Below, piece after piece: positions 47,801 to 61,214 of a stretch of DNA of 64,000 bases (position 1 is its first letter; every line of letters begins with the position of its first letter). The DNA lies in the NCBI GenBank assembly GCA_964247055.1, contig OZ176051.1, positions 8,618,001 to 8,682,000 on the forward strand, written 5' to 3'. Source of the stretch: Paragordius varius. Taxonomy: Eukaryota; Animalia; Nematomorpha. The position numbers and the translations under genes are program-made. Below the pieces are notes generated by a model. It did not search any database. It saw nothing but the letters and a program-made list of their open reading frames with translations, and was not told the DNA's origin.

Positions 47801-49570
47801 AAACTTTCACTTTAAATTAGGGAAAACTGATTTTTTTCAAAAATTTGTGAACTTTTATATATGAAATAAGTTGGAAAACTTTGTCAATCAATATTAATCC
47901 CGCAATATTTTATTCAATAGGATCGATTATTCGAGATTTATAAAATAAAGCGTTTAAAATGATAAATTTTGGAATAAAGTCAAATATATTTAAAATATGG
48001 TGTATAAAAATTTTTGGGGTAAAAATAGAACAGTTTTTCAATCTATCAGTTTTGTGTGGAAAGTCTTTTTCGCAAAGCTGCTTAGATATAGTTTTCGGTA
48101 ATAGAAATGGAAAATACGTCGTTTCTATCAAATAACATTCGTTTAGGTTTTATAATTTAAATACATTAAAATGATTTTTAAACTTTTAAGCTTATGAATT
48201 AATACATCACGTGTCCGAACGGATATGCTTTTTACACATAAAGTCAAAGCCAGTGAATACAAATAATTTATACAAATCTGACAATTTAATTTTGTTTGTG
48301 TGATTTTATAACCCCATAAAGAAACTTTTGTAAAACAATCTCCTAATATTATTCAAAATCTGGCGATAGACGATGTCAATATCAAACTTATAAATTTATT
48401 ATACTATAAATCTATTGTTTTAACAAAGTTCAGCTATTTTGATCCATCGATAAAATTTTCATAACGAATCTTCAAAAACTCCCCAAGGCTAAATCAGTTT
48501 TGAGTTTATTTTCCGTGGGAAGGCAACCCATTTTTTTAGATTGTGATAGCGAATTATCTTTGTACAAAAATTCGAGAAAAATTATCTTTACAATTGCACA
48601 AAGTTTTTTAAAAACAGTATTAAAAAGCTTTTGGGTTGCTCCGACGCTTAGATGGTTTATTAATTTATTTACCTTTATCCTAAATACTCAGCAATAAAAA
48701 GCAGTGATTTTAGCGTATATTTTGTTGAATTATTTTTTTATATCAATAAGAATAAAATTGTTTTAAAACTTACGATAGGAGGTTATATAGTTGTACATTA
48801 TTTAAATCCGTATTTTTTAACATAATAAACCTAAAGTTGGTAAATAATGGCTAAATTACAATATATAAACACTTTTAAATTTTGATGTCAAACTTTCTTG
48901 ATTTTTTTAGTGTTGCCTTGTACAATTAACAAAAATTTACATATAGATAGAAAAAATCAGGGCTATAATTTATGTTTAAAAGATAATCATTTTTTTAATA
49001 CATGTAAAATTTATATTAAAATTTATTTTAGATTTATGTGATATTAAGTCAGGATATTATGACCTCAGTCAATATCATGGAATCAGGTATCACAATCGCA
49101 CTTTAAATATTGATTATTATTAATTAAAAAGCCCCAAACTTTTGTTAAATCTAAATACCTTTTGCAGTTTGACTAATTTAGTTGGGTTTACTATTATGGT
49201 TCAAAACAAAATGACAAAACTTTTGATAATTTATTTAATTTGGTCCGATGATATCAATATTTTTCATTTCATATTAAATGTTGTGTAATACGTTTCTCAG
49301 TGTACTATAAAAGAAATTTGAATAAAAGTGGTAGACTTTAACAAAATAATCAAAGATAAGACCTTAATTATAGAAAATAAAGCTTAAAATTTGTCACCAA
49401 AAATATAAAACAGAAACTTTTTTGAAAAAGAGCGTCCCATTAATTTTTAGCTGCATTTAATTTAAGGCGAGTTTTTAAACTTTATGTAGAAATAGATAGG
49501 TATTTTCAATATAAAAATTTATTCGGCATGTGTACATCATATTTCTAATATCTATCTATCAAGTAATCAA

Positions 49571-52500
49571 ATGGCCTTCTTAACCAACAAAAGACATTAT
49601 CTTGAATGGATATTTTCGCCTGTATCCCAATTCGATAATTTCACACGGCACTATAAACTTGTGTTAACTCGCGCTCAAATAAAAACATTTGAATTTGCTT
49701 TCAGACATAATCAAGAAGTTTTTATAAATTCCGTACTATAGATAAATATAGGTTTATATAGATGTTTACACGGATCAACCAGAATCATGGCCTCAATATA
49801 TTTGTCCAAAAGGGATTACATGGTCATTAGAAGACTGTTTCTATTTCATTAATTACATGATTCAAATGAGATCGGAAAATGTTACTCAGGTTAGAAAATT
49901 TTTTATTGATTATTATTTGTGCGATGATTTAGTATAAGATTCGTGGTTTTGAACTGATTTAATTAATAATGTTAATACAAGTGTATGTATACAAAATAAA
50001 AAATAGATGCAACCTTTAAAATATTTTTTAATTTTTAACAATCAATACTATGCATTTTAATGGTTGCTTATTTCACACTATAGTTCGGCAATTCTCAACA
50101 TTAGTGCAAGGAAAAAGAAAGGAAAAAATTGGTTATTTAACATTTGTTGTTTTTTTCATATACTACTGTAAATGCCCAACTATAGTGTGAAATAAGCAGC
50201 CATTAAAATCATACTATTGCAACTTTTTTAAACACTCAATTATTTATTTTAGAATTCGAATTTTGACTGATTATTATTATTATCATAGGAGGTAAAAGCA
50301 TTCATAATCGATAATAAAACCCAATCCTTATTATTGACTTTGGACTAAAAATACAGGCATAGGCACATTCTCGGTATTAATTTTTTCTAATAAATTCAGA
50401 GGAATAATTGACAAAAGCATTTATATAATTTTCTATTTTAAAATATAATTAAAGTTCGATTTTTTTTGCAAATTTGCACATCTGAACCTAAACTATTGGT
50501 ATTAGTTTTTGATAAATATAGCAAAACAATTAAATTTTGGCTAACCCTTTGTATTGTAATAATATATAACCTAAATTAAAAATATCAGTCTTTATTAATT
50601 ATTTTAGTTAAAACACCCTAACTTATCCACTTCATAAAACTTTGATATGTGTAGTATTAAACTTTTTTCAGCTTTTACCGTTAAATATAAAATTCATAAT
50701 AATTGTTTTATCGACTAATTATCATTTTTGTAGTCTCTCCTTGTTTGTCCATATATCGTTTTAATTACAGGATTTTGGGATCCAAAACAGCCCCAAGATT
50801 GAAATAACGAATATAATATACCTATTATTAATTTTAATAATTTTGGTAATTTTCTGAAATGAGAAAAGACCTCTTTTGTTAAAAAATATCACTTTTACTT
50901 AGAAATTAAAAATAACATTGTTATTAATTAAAAAATTTTGTATTTGGTATTTTTCAAAACTTCTCGCGGGCTGCATTAATATTTTAGAGGAGCACGTGTT
51001 GGGCTCCCCTGATCCAAATCCCAAATCTTATAATATTATTAAATATTAATTTTATTTTGCCCATCCAAAAATATTTAAAATATTTGGTGTATTTGATGAT
51101 TGAATCGTATTACAATAAATCCTACACCCAAGTTATCATAAATATGAGGACCGTTCATTTTTTGAGACACACTCATCCATATGTTAAAAATAGAAAACGA
51201 GTTGAATACCAAATCCGTTTGACATATCTAAATGTTGTCACTTGTATTCTACGAGTAAGATCTTTTTATTCGTTTTCGGCTTGAAAAATTTATTATCACT
51301 TCGATTCGTATGCTCTAAATAATTCTCCCCTGACGATATTATATATTTATTGGGACTAAGCCTAGCGTATATCTAATTTTTTATATTAATTTTTTTAATA
51401 GCAAATCATTTGCAGTTTTATCAGAAACAGTACTATATACATGCTATTTCGCTATTAAACCCATTTTTATAAAAAATAACAGATAAGTGTGGAGGCAGCA
51501 TCTTTATTTAAGCGTCCCGATGATACATTCATTTTACAATTTAAAAATATTACTCTTTGGCTTCGTTAACAATCTGTAGCTAAACATTTATCAATTCATA
51601 TGGTCGTAAACTTTTGCCAAAATTTTCTTCAAAGCCACGTTATTTTGATATGTGGAGAGGGTAGGGCCCTACACATGACTAATTTAAAAAACTCTGGAAA
51701 ATATTGATTTTATAGTGAGTACATGTACGAGTCTCAAAACTTGGACGAAGGGACTTAAATTACGAAATTTTATTGTAAGATCAGCTAAATACGGTGGCTT
51801 CTAAAAAATGAGCGATGTATGATCTGAACCTTCGTATGGCCAACAATTTTTTCACGATTTTAAACGTCTGTTTTTTTTAAAACCCCACTTGCACGCGAGC
51901 TTAACTGAGTGGATTACGCTTCTAAAATATTTAATTTGTTTTTTATGATTAATGATTACCACCTTTTTATGCGTATTTTTTCGCAAAGGTTTCTATTTAC
52001 CATACGACCTTAGGTAGTAAGACATCTTAATATAAGGATTGGTTTAGGCTTATAAAAAATAGTTTATTTTTTTTGAATAGACTTATAAATTCATAGGAAA
52101 ATGCTCAAAATTTGAATTAATATTTTCTAATTTTATAAATATAATGTTAGGTCAGGTTGTTGTACCAATCCAATCAACTTTTCATATTGCAACTTAAATG
52201 TTTAACATCAAATTGTGATCGAAATGAAGCTATTTTCGTCAAACACATGCACCCTTTTATCCCAACGAATACTACAATATTTGATTTAATTTACAGAAAT
52301 ATGGATTCTATCAGATATTCAGATGATATCAACATAAACCACGAATATCATGTTATAATAAGCAAATGCCTTAAATTTTTTACAAGTATTTTGGATATTT
52401 TGATAATTACAATATTTCTTTCTATATTAGAGAGCTTTTTAGAGTTAGTTCGTTTATATTATATCAAAATAAGAATTATTAGATATTTTAAAGGTTTATA

Positions 52501-53294
52501 ATTCCGCTAAGATTAGTTCCCATGACACCGATTGTAAGAAAAAATATATGAGCATTATAACATTTCCTTCTTACCATAATATATGAAACCAAATTTTGAT
52601 CAAAATACGCCAAACTAATTCTTATTTAATCTTTATGTATCAGGAATAATATATTATCAAATATGCATTTTTTATATAATTCAAACATTAATTTTATTCT
52701 AAAAAACGAATTATAATGTAAAATTAAATCAAATTCCCATGAGCCATACTATTTTCTCCATAATTAATTAAATGTATTATTAAAAATAAAAAATCTTATA
52801 CATGTTAATTATGTAATTAAACCGTTTTAGCCAATTAAATTGCTAATGATCAAAAAAGCTCTCCTTACTGTAAAAAAAACAAACATAACCATATTTTAAT
52901 GAACGAGTATCAGATCTCTACATAAAATTAATATGTGACAGTACAGTTAGGAAAGTCAAATTTATTGTCAATTTTTATTTTATTCTCTGTAATATGCTTT
53001 AAATTTCATTTTTCTTGCCTTTTCCCAAAATAGGCGAATCAGCTACGATGCCAGACAGAAACGATTATTTTGAATACGGTATACATTTGATATTAACAAC
53101 ATTTATATCTTCCTTTCAATATTATTGTTTTATATCTGACACAGAGGTTAAACTTATTTTAAAAGGTTATATTGTAAAACCCGCCCAGAATTCGTTAATA
53201 AGCATAAAAATCGAAGTGAACATTATGTAAAATTTTTTTTGCAACAAAGCTGTTATGTAATAATATATGGAAATCATTTAAAAGTTTTTAATAG
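49571..53294 (+). CDS. Candidate divergent mucolipin/TRPML-like cation channel, copy A (partial exon model)
   Basis: Exons 49571-49717 and 49752-49889 join in frame, as do 51989-52013, 52156-52493 and 53034 onward; exons between 49889 and 51989 are unresolved. LEWIFSPVSQF..R.YKL resembles MCOLN3 LKFFFMNPCEKF..RKPWKL. IFDLIYRN..DININHEYHVIISKC then SILDILIITIFLSIL resembles the luminal beta-strands plus TM2. The pore region was not found. Confidence 0.45.
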
Positions 53295-55599
53295 GTAAAA
53301 ATTTATAAGTTTTGCACAATATTAAAATATGTTGTATTTGATGGGTTTATCGCAGTGGTAGCCCTAAAAATGCTTATGGGGCTAATTATTAATTAATTTT
53401 TTTAAGATACTTATTTCGAGTATATGTATCTGAAAATGTGTCAATCAGCGAGGAAATTTATAGTCACTATGTGGTAAGCCAACCGGAAACGAGATAAATA
53501 TTTTTGCGGCCCTTGATATTTTTTAATATGTCCCAGTTGTTTAGTATATTATAAAGATGCATTCAAACTAGCGATTTAACAATTTTCGTTATTAAATTAA
53601 AATAATAATAAGATAAATAGCAAAAAGAATTATTTCATAAGGTTTGTGTGTCGATAAGCCTCTACATTATTGAGTAAGAGTCCAAAAAGCAAATAGGTTT
53701 TTTTGAAATATATATTTCATAAAATTTTAAATACATATGGGTCTTAAAAATTAATATGATAAGGATATCAGTGTCTTAAAACGCTAAGTTTTTTACATTC
53801 TGACTCGTGGATAAATATGTCATTAACCGTTCGGACCGGATATAGAAATAGGCCTATTTATTAATCAGACATTGTAAAACTTAGTTTTTTGAGGATTAAA
53901 TTTAATTTTTAAAGTGGACATTTGTTTCTTCATCCCAAAAAGCTAACAAATTATCACATTCTCACAATTAAAGAAACTAGTGTTTGATAAAACTAATAAT
54001 AATAGAAGATTATAATAAAATTATACAAATTTTGAATTTTATGTATTTTATTATTTTTTATTTCGAATGTCTATATTTTTTGATTTGTTGAAATCTTTAT
54101 AAATTAAGTTTATATTTCTTATATGCAACAATGTGACCTTTAAAAAATATCTTTAAATATTGAAACGGTGAGTTTCGCTATAAGAAGATATCATGTGACT
54201 TTTAATTTGGTAGTCCATAATGTAAATATAAATTTATAATTATCATATATTTATATTACAAATAGAGACCTATATAAATGTTACTAGTCTAAACATCACA
54301 TCGTTACGCACTGGAAAGTACAATGTTTTAATGAAAATTAATAATCAATGGAAAATTTTCAAGTATTCAAATAACATCTTATTTTTTGATAGTCGTATAA
54401 ATACTTTGAAGACATATCTCTCCAGTTAAAATTGATCTATTTATTTCATACTATTTTAAAAAATTTGGAACTCCTTTGCAAAAATATGCTCACAAAATCT
54501 TAGTAAAATTGATATTTCTTAAATATTTTTTTTCAAAAAAGGTCTTTATTAATGATATACTATAAAAAATGTTATTTGTGCATGAATTTTACTGTGTTAT
54601 GTTTGAAATCTAATAAATGGATTTCCATATATATTTAAAATGCGGCCCGCCGGGTTTTTAGAGTTAAAGATGCAGCTATGAAGCCTTGTGTATGACACAC
54701 CTGATTTAAAGCAATGAGTAGTATTAAAAAAACAAGTTTGATAATATTTTGTGTTAATATATTTACGGTTTGTCTGTATAATTTCAAAATCACTGTATTC
54801 TAAAGTATATGAGTTACTGATACTTTAAGATTTTTAAGGGCCCTGCGAAACGGTCTGTCACATTCGATTCGAATTAAGGAATCTAAAGTGCATGTCAGAT
54901 AAACAAGCCAAGCCTAAGTTGATATTTTTAAAAAAACTGTTCAAAGAAACGGTTCCAATTTAACTTTTTCTATACTAATAAAAATTATAATACAAAAAAT
55001 CTAAATGAAATTAACTACTTCGACGCCATTTTTATTTTAAAATATTTTTGCAATGTGTTTATTTGATTCCAAGGGTAAAATTAAGTTTCCTTTTTATGTC
55101 CTTAAATTAATAAACAGAAAAAATATTATATTTTGCATTACTTTTTAGCTTGTGCACACAGTCATGTTGGCTAAAATTTTACCTTTAGCTTTTACCTCTC
55201 AAATAATATCTAGAATTTTTGAGTGAATTTTTTTATTTCGGTTTATATATGCTATATAAGTGAAAATTTTTGCCATGGTTTTAATTTATTCCATATTTTT
55301 GAAAATACTTAATTTTAAACAAGCCTGGAGTATCCTACCCTAATTCGAATGAAAGGACTGAAATGAATGTGGTTTATCCAGGTGTTAAAATTATAGATTT
55401 CATTAAAATTGTTCGACTATGCCAAAAAAGAGATCTTGAGTTTAAATTTGTTATAATTTTTCCGCTAATAGATTATATAAATGGATTTAATTATTGGAGT
55501 CATGCGATAAGATTGCACATAGACAGAGATAATTGTTTTATTAAGTACTTAAAATATTATATGAGAAAAAAATATTTAATGTAGTGTTATTTAGATAAA

Positions 55600-56110
55600 A
55601 ATATGTTATTTGTTGATTACTTTCTTCAAAAGTTTTTGTGTTTTCTTCTTTATTTATCAACAACTACGGCTTTCCAGTTAATTTTAAGATTCATAGGCAT
55701 ATGATATGCCAAAGCCGAATCATCATTTTCTCTAACTGCCGTCTTATATTCTTTTATCCGAACATCTAGTCCTCTTTTAGTATGTCTTATGTAACACTGT
55801 CGCGCAGTCTGATCTGACATTTAATTTTATACATTATACATTGAGAACTAGGACTATGTGGATTGATAATTTATAGATATTATTCAATGGTTTATATATT
55901 AATGTGTTTGCTTAAGTATTTCTTTGATTTTGTGACTTAAAGATTCATAAAACGGTATTGCAAATTTCTTTTTAATGTTATCATTGTCACTCTGAATTGT
56001 TGAAGTTTTAAGTTTATTTTGTTAATGGCATTAGTGATTAAAATTTGTGGGTAATTCTGTTCTATTCTATTTTTGATGATTGTGAGGTTCTGTTCCCTAT
56101 ACTGTAAGTA
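55600..56110 (-). pseudogene. Degenerate Penelope-like retroelement fragment (RT C-terminal region + GIY-YIG endonuclease)
   Basis: Frameshifted translation NYPQILITNAINK...FAIPFYESLSHKIKEILK...YKIKC/DC/QCYIRHTKRGLDVRIKEYK...SALAYH...INW matches the Penelope pattern YKIxCxxC..YIGQTxRxL..RIxEH..SALAxH..IDW. Confidence 0.75.
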
Positions 56111-56314
56111 ATGCGTATTTCATTTAAAGTTGAAGAAAAATGCGGTATGGTTAACTTGTTATATATATTGATTTTATAATCTCATTTTTATAAGGGAAGC
56201 CACTTGAATTATTTGTGAAATTTACACTCGCCAGCAAAAGGTTGACACTCAGCACCCTTGCTACCACATTATTTGTTTAATTATTATTTTAACTTATTAC
56301 TAAAATCAATGTAG

Positions 56315-59300
56315 AAAATTTTGGCATTTCCCATATTATATAAAGTCATAGGTAAAAAACTGGCTATTTGGAATTTAGTTTTTGTATGTTTTTCTGTGAG
56401 CCTCAAATTTTTGGGTTCTAAAAGCCTATATATTTATTTCATGGTAAACTATAATTATTTGATAACCATTGTTTTCAAATAAAAACAAGATCTATGTGCT
56501 ATTAGCTCAATTCCATTGAAAATAAAAGATAATTCTCTCTTTATTACCTACTATGCAAATTTTGTACCAAGAATCAACAATGACATATATCAGCTAGACT
56601 TATATTCCGAAAAGGAAATGGATGAAATATATAGATCCAATCTTAATTTTAGTTTGAACGCATGGGTAAGTTAATTAAATTTAATCATTTTTAAATATAA
56701 TAAATTATTGATATTCATTTTTTGATCAATAATATAAATAAAAAAATATTGTGATTCAATTTATAGTTATTTTTGGTGTAAAGCATATTAGTGAAACCAT
56801 TAAACTTATGTTGTAACATTTTTGTATTTTCTAAAATCTGCAAATTCACATATGTCATGTATTTAAATATTTTCCAATTTACCCATAAATTTTGAATACC
56901 AATTCGGAGCAATGAATGTTATAGCGCAAAGTTTTGGAATAGAATTTTAACCATTATCAGATAGTGTTAAATGTCATTTTAACACACCATGACCTTTTGC
57001 GTTAGTTGTATCCCAGAGCGATATTAATTCGATTATCTTAAAAAGGGAATTAGGCGAATTTAAAAAATGCTTTATTTAGACGTTAAGAATTTATTTTGAA
57101 AAGGTAAAATTGTAAAAATGTATTCCTCAAATTTTTCCTGCCATTTTTTAAATTTTTTAAATCGCTGCCACAGGCAAATAAATTTATATCCTGATTAGAT
57201 CAATAAACTTTTTAAAGCGTTGAGGCTATTTTTACCAGCAAAAACTTAACATATATTGATTTTAATATCAACTTTAGTAGTTTTTTGGAGCTATTCAATT
57301 TTCGATTCAATTTAAAGTTTATTTGGGACATCGAGTTACCCTAATTTGCATTCAATTCATGTTTATTAAGAAAATTTTTAAATAGTAAATTACTGGATAG
57401 TTTCTTTAATCAAGCGAACATGCCAGAATAATTTTACAAGTTACATTTCAATTGCAAATGTAACACTCTATAGTTTATATTGATGTTTTATACAGTTTAA
57501 TTTTAACCAAACTGAAACCACCCATGGGATCACCAAAATATCACTCTTTAACTTGACTGCTAACACCTATTATACAATTATTAGAGAGGAGCCAATTAAA
57601 GTAAATATTTTAGAGGAAAAACTTTATTTGAAACTTAAAAATATTAAATATCACAATGTTCTATAAGCCATTTTCAAACGTCTTTAGAGAAATAACGAAT
57701 TATCTTTAAAGAAATGTTTGTTATGACTTGTTCAATTTATAACCACACAAATATCCGAATAAAAAAATTATATATATTTACTGTGTGCGAAAAAGTTATT
57801 TTTTTTCATGAAATAGCTTATGATCAGTGAATTTATTTGCCGCAAAAATTTTAATTTATTGACGACCTAGTTTCTGAAATATTAAGAGAAAATCAAAATC
57901 GGACAAAAAGTGAAAATTAAGGACTCAAATAATGATAACATTTGAGATAATATGGTTGATTATCATTTTATGAGATATTTTCTATATATAAATAGCCTAA
58001 AATCATATATACCATTTACAATTCAATTTTACCCTTAAACAATTCAAATTCACCCTTGAACAATTCAAATTCACCTATTCAAATTCACCCTCAAATAAAA
58101 TATATGTTTTTTAAGATTAAAAATTACCTATATTTTATATGTTTTTAAAAAATAAAAATTTTGTTTTAAATAAAAATAATACTGAAATAATAATAAACTA
58201 TACCATAATATTTCATATTAATAATAAGTTATATTACTTCGAAAACACATAATTTATTTTTAGGGTGAATTTGAATTGTTCGAGGGTGAGTTTGAATTGT
58301 TTAAGGGTAAATTTGAATTGTTCAAGGGTGAATTTGAACTGTAAATGGTATATGAATAGAGTTTCTATAAAATCTCAGATCAAAAGATGGCGTTCTTTAA
58401 CACACTTAAAAGTCAAAATTTTTTTTATGAAACTATATTAAAATATATTTTTTAATTATTTACTGCTAACACTATTAAAATCTTAACATTCATATTTGTT
58501 TCAGTAAAAAAAACTTCTATAAAAATAAAACTAAAAAATATTGTTTTTTTTATTTTTTTGTCATCTGGTTTATGAGTGTATAAAAAATATATATTGTTTT
58601 ATTTTAAAATCTTACATGAGTGAGAGTTATAGTATATAATTTTTGCAAACTAAGATTTAAAGTACGGAATCACCCAAAATCCGTATAAATCCGTGTAATA
58701 GGTTTGTTTTAACACAAATTAAAATTTGGGATTTATAAGTGTTTGAGTGATATTCCACCACTTTTAAATTCTAGTTTGCATAAATTAAATACTTTATAAT
58801 CCCACTCATGTGAGATTCCAAAATAAAACAGTATAATTTTTTTATACACTCATAAATCCGATGACAAAAAAATAAAAAACAATATTTTTTTAGTTTAATT
58901 TTGATAGAGAAGTTTTATTTACCAAAAAATATGAATGTAAAGATTTTAATAGTAAGTTTAGCTAGTAAATAATAATAAAATTATGTTAATATAGTTTAAT
59001 AAATATTTTTTTGTCTTTTAAGTGTAAAAAGGAAAACGCCATCTTTTGAGCTGAGATTTTATGGAAACCTAAACCTTATTTATATGATTTGAGGGTTTTT
59101 ATTTATAGAAAATACTCCTAGAATGATAAATCAACCATAATATTCAACTTTTATCATTATTTTTTTGATAATCCGTAATTTTCACTTTTTACCTGATTTC
59201 GAATTCTCTCAATATTTCCAAAACTAGGTCGTAGACAAATAAAATATTTTACGGCAAATGAATATGCTGGTCATAGCTATCTCATGAAAAAAATTTATTT

Positions 59301-60341
59301 TGCACACAGTATATATATATATATATATATATATGAAAAAATGAATTTAATAAACAAATTTTATTATATATAGATTCGCATGAAACAGCGAAAACAAAGC
59401 CTGAATATTATATATGTTTACTCAAACTTGATAGAATCGGTTGATTATGATGACACTTTGGTATGGCAAATATATTTTCACAATCGATGGAATAATTCAA
59501 CAACTTCAAATATTTTTTCGACACCACGGCATATGACTATATGGCTCTGCCTTAAAAATTGTCAAAATTAGTATGATGCCTGATGAACACCGAATTATAT
59601 TAATAATTTTATTTATCTGTAGCACCAACCCAATCCACATAATAAATTGTAAATTTCCATATGAGAACAATGTTGTGGGGAGTGGGTATTTGAGTGGTTG
59701 AATATAAAAAGCAAAATGAAACCTAAATTTTGAATTACCTTTTATTATTTGCTATGAATAAAAAAAGTTGAGCTTTCAAACCAGAAAAATACCAAGGCTA
59801 ACACATTCATATATTTCAAATGATACTTCTTTTCAAATATACATTGATGACGATTTCGTTAAATGCACAGAATGCAGAGATTATATTAATTTATTTTTTC
59901 TTATAAAATGGATATGTTTATGAAAATAATAGAAACATTATACATATTATATATATTTATAATATTTTATCGGATCGACCGGCTAAATTTAGGCAGACAC
60001 CGTATGAATAGGACATGAAATTTCTTTATTTGTTTTCGGTCCTATAAAATAAATATAAAAGATATATTAAAAAAGATGATTTCGATTTAGTAATAAAAAA
60101 CAATATGGTCATAATTTAAATACCACAAGAAGGGAATGATAAAAAACTTCAGTAAAATTTGGTTAATAAATGAAGATATCGCTAAATATATCATTAACAT
60201 TTCTTTACAATGTAATGATGTTTTGGTTTTTCCTCAGAAATGATACATTCAACTCGAAGATTTGGCTTTAAAGGAAAACTCATTTTTTATGTAAAAAAAT
60301 AAAAATTTTGGGTAATTGGGCGATCAATAGTTATGTTAATC

Positions 60342-60372
<31 letters not shown>

Positions 60373-60900
60373 GATTATTAAATCAGGGGTATGTTTAACA
60401 AGCGGCCCTCCGAGACTTTATGTGCGGCCCGCAAAAAAATTAGAAATCCATAAACAATAAAAAAATTCTCACCAAATCCTAATTATTGTTTTTTAAAAAA
60501 TTTTTTATATAAGTGATTTGCCAAAAATTAAAAAAATGAAATGCAATATAGTTGAATGCGGCCCACAAGGTCATCAGTGTTGATCCTCTGGTTTAAAACA
60601 ACGATATTTTTTAATGCACAGGAATATCTAAAAACTGTGGATGTAATAAAGTTGATGATGAGTTTTTATCTTTAAATTTGAGATTTTCAAATGTTTTTAA
60701 TAATAAATCAGCTACTTTACTGCGCCTGTAATCCACTTTTTTTCGAGCTATAAATGTTTTGCCATATAAGATTAACTTCGTTTATATTGCTAATTTGTTG
60801 CAAAAATACCAGTTTTTATGTATTCAAATTTTTGCCTTTTTATCTTATATGGAGGTTGACCCAAGTTTTTTTAGATTTGAAATTCATCATCCTCTTTTAA
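56315..60900 (+). CDS. Candidate divergent mucolipin/TRPML-like gene, copy B (partial; may be a pseudogene)
   Basis: Exons 56315-56414, 56490-56665 and 57496-57600 join in phase. GKKLAIWNLVFVCFSVSLKFLDL...K aligns without gaps to MCOLN3 KLAIQILKIAMVTIQLVLFGL...K. N-glycosylation sequons occur in the following exon. Segment 60622-60900 gives FRAIN..KYQFLCIQIF, like LKAIN..CYDFTLTITF, but contains an in-frame TAA at 60729. Further open exon-like segments lie at 59434-59570 and ~59785-59910. Confidence 0.45.
58012..58348. mobile_element. Foldback-type element, family B (21-bp unit CCCTTGAACAATTCAAATTCA)
   Basis: TA|CCATTTACAATTCAA ... TTGAACTGTAAATGG|TA, with 3-4 units per arm. Confidence 0.85.
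58361..59068. mobile_element. Near-perfect foldback element with ~300-bp arms and a short loop
   Basis: GTTTCTATAAAATCTCAGATCAAAAGATGGCG... and ...CGCCATCTTTTGAGCTGAGATTTTATGGAAAC. The arms match along most of their length. Confidence 0.8.
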
Positions 60901-61214
60901 AAGATGTTTAAAAACTTTTGTTTAAAGTGTGGATATCAATAATTAGTAGAAATACCCAAATAAGTTAGATTTCTAACTTTATACTGATGCCAACGGACTA
61001 TAATTAATTATAATTATATACTAGTACCTGGGTTACCATCAGACAGACTGTCTATGGTTGATGTATTATAATACATTTTTATTTTTTTGTAATTGAATTA
61101 TAAAAATAAAATGTTAAAAATAACCATTGTCCATATGAAGATATCCACAAGTTTCATTAACTAAATTAATGCTATGACTCCGCGAATATGTGATGTGAGC
61201 TAAAAAAATATATA

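Noticed and set aside
52157-52501. RYSDD as a reverse-transcriptase YxDD motif
   Set aside because: Upstream RT motifs are absent, and the segment has phase-compatible splice sites and a TM helix that fit a host exon better.
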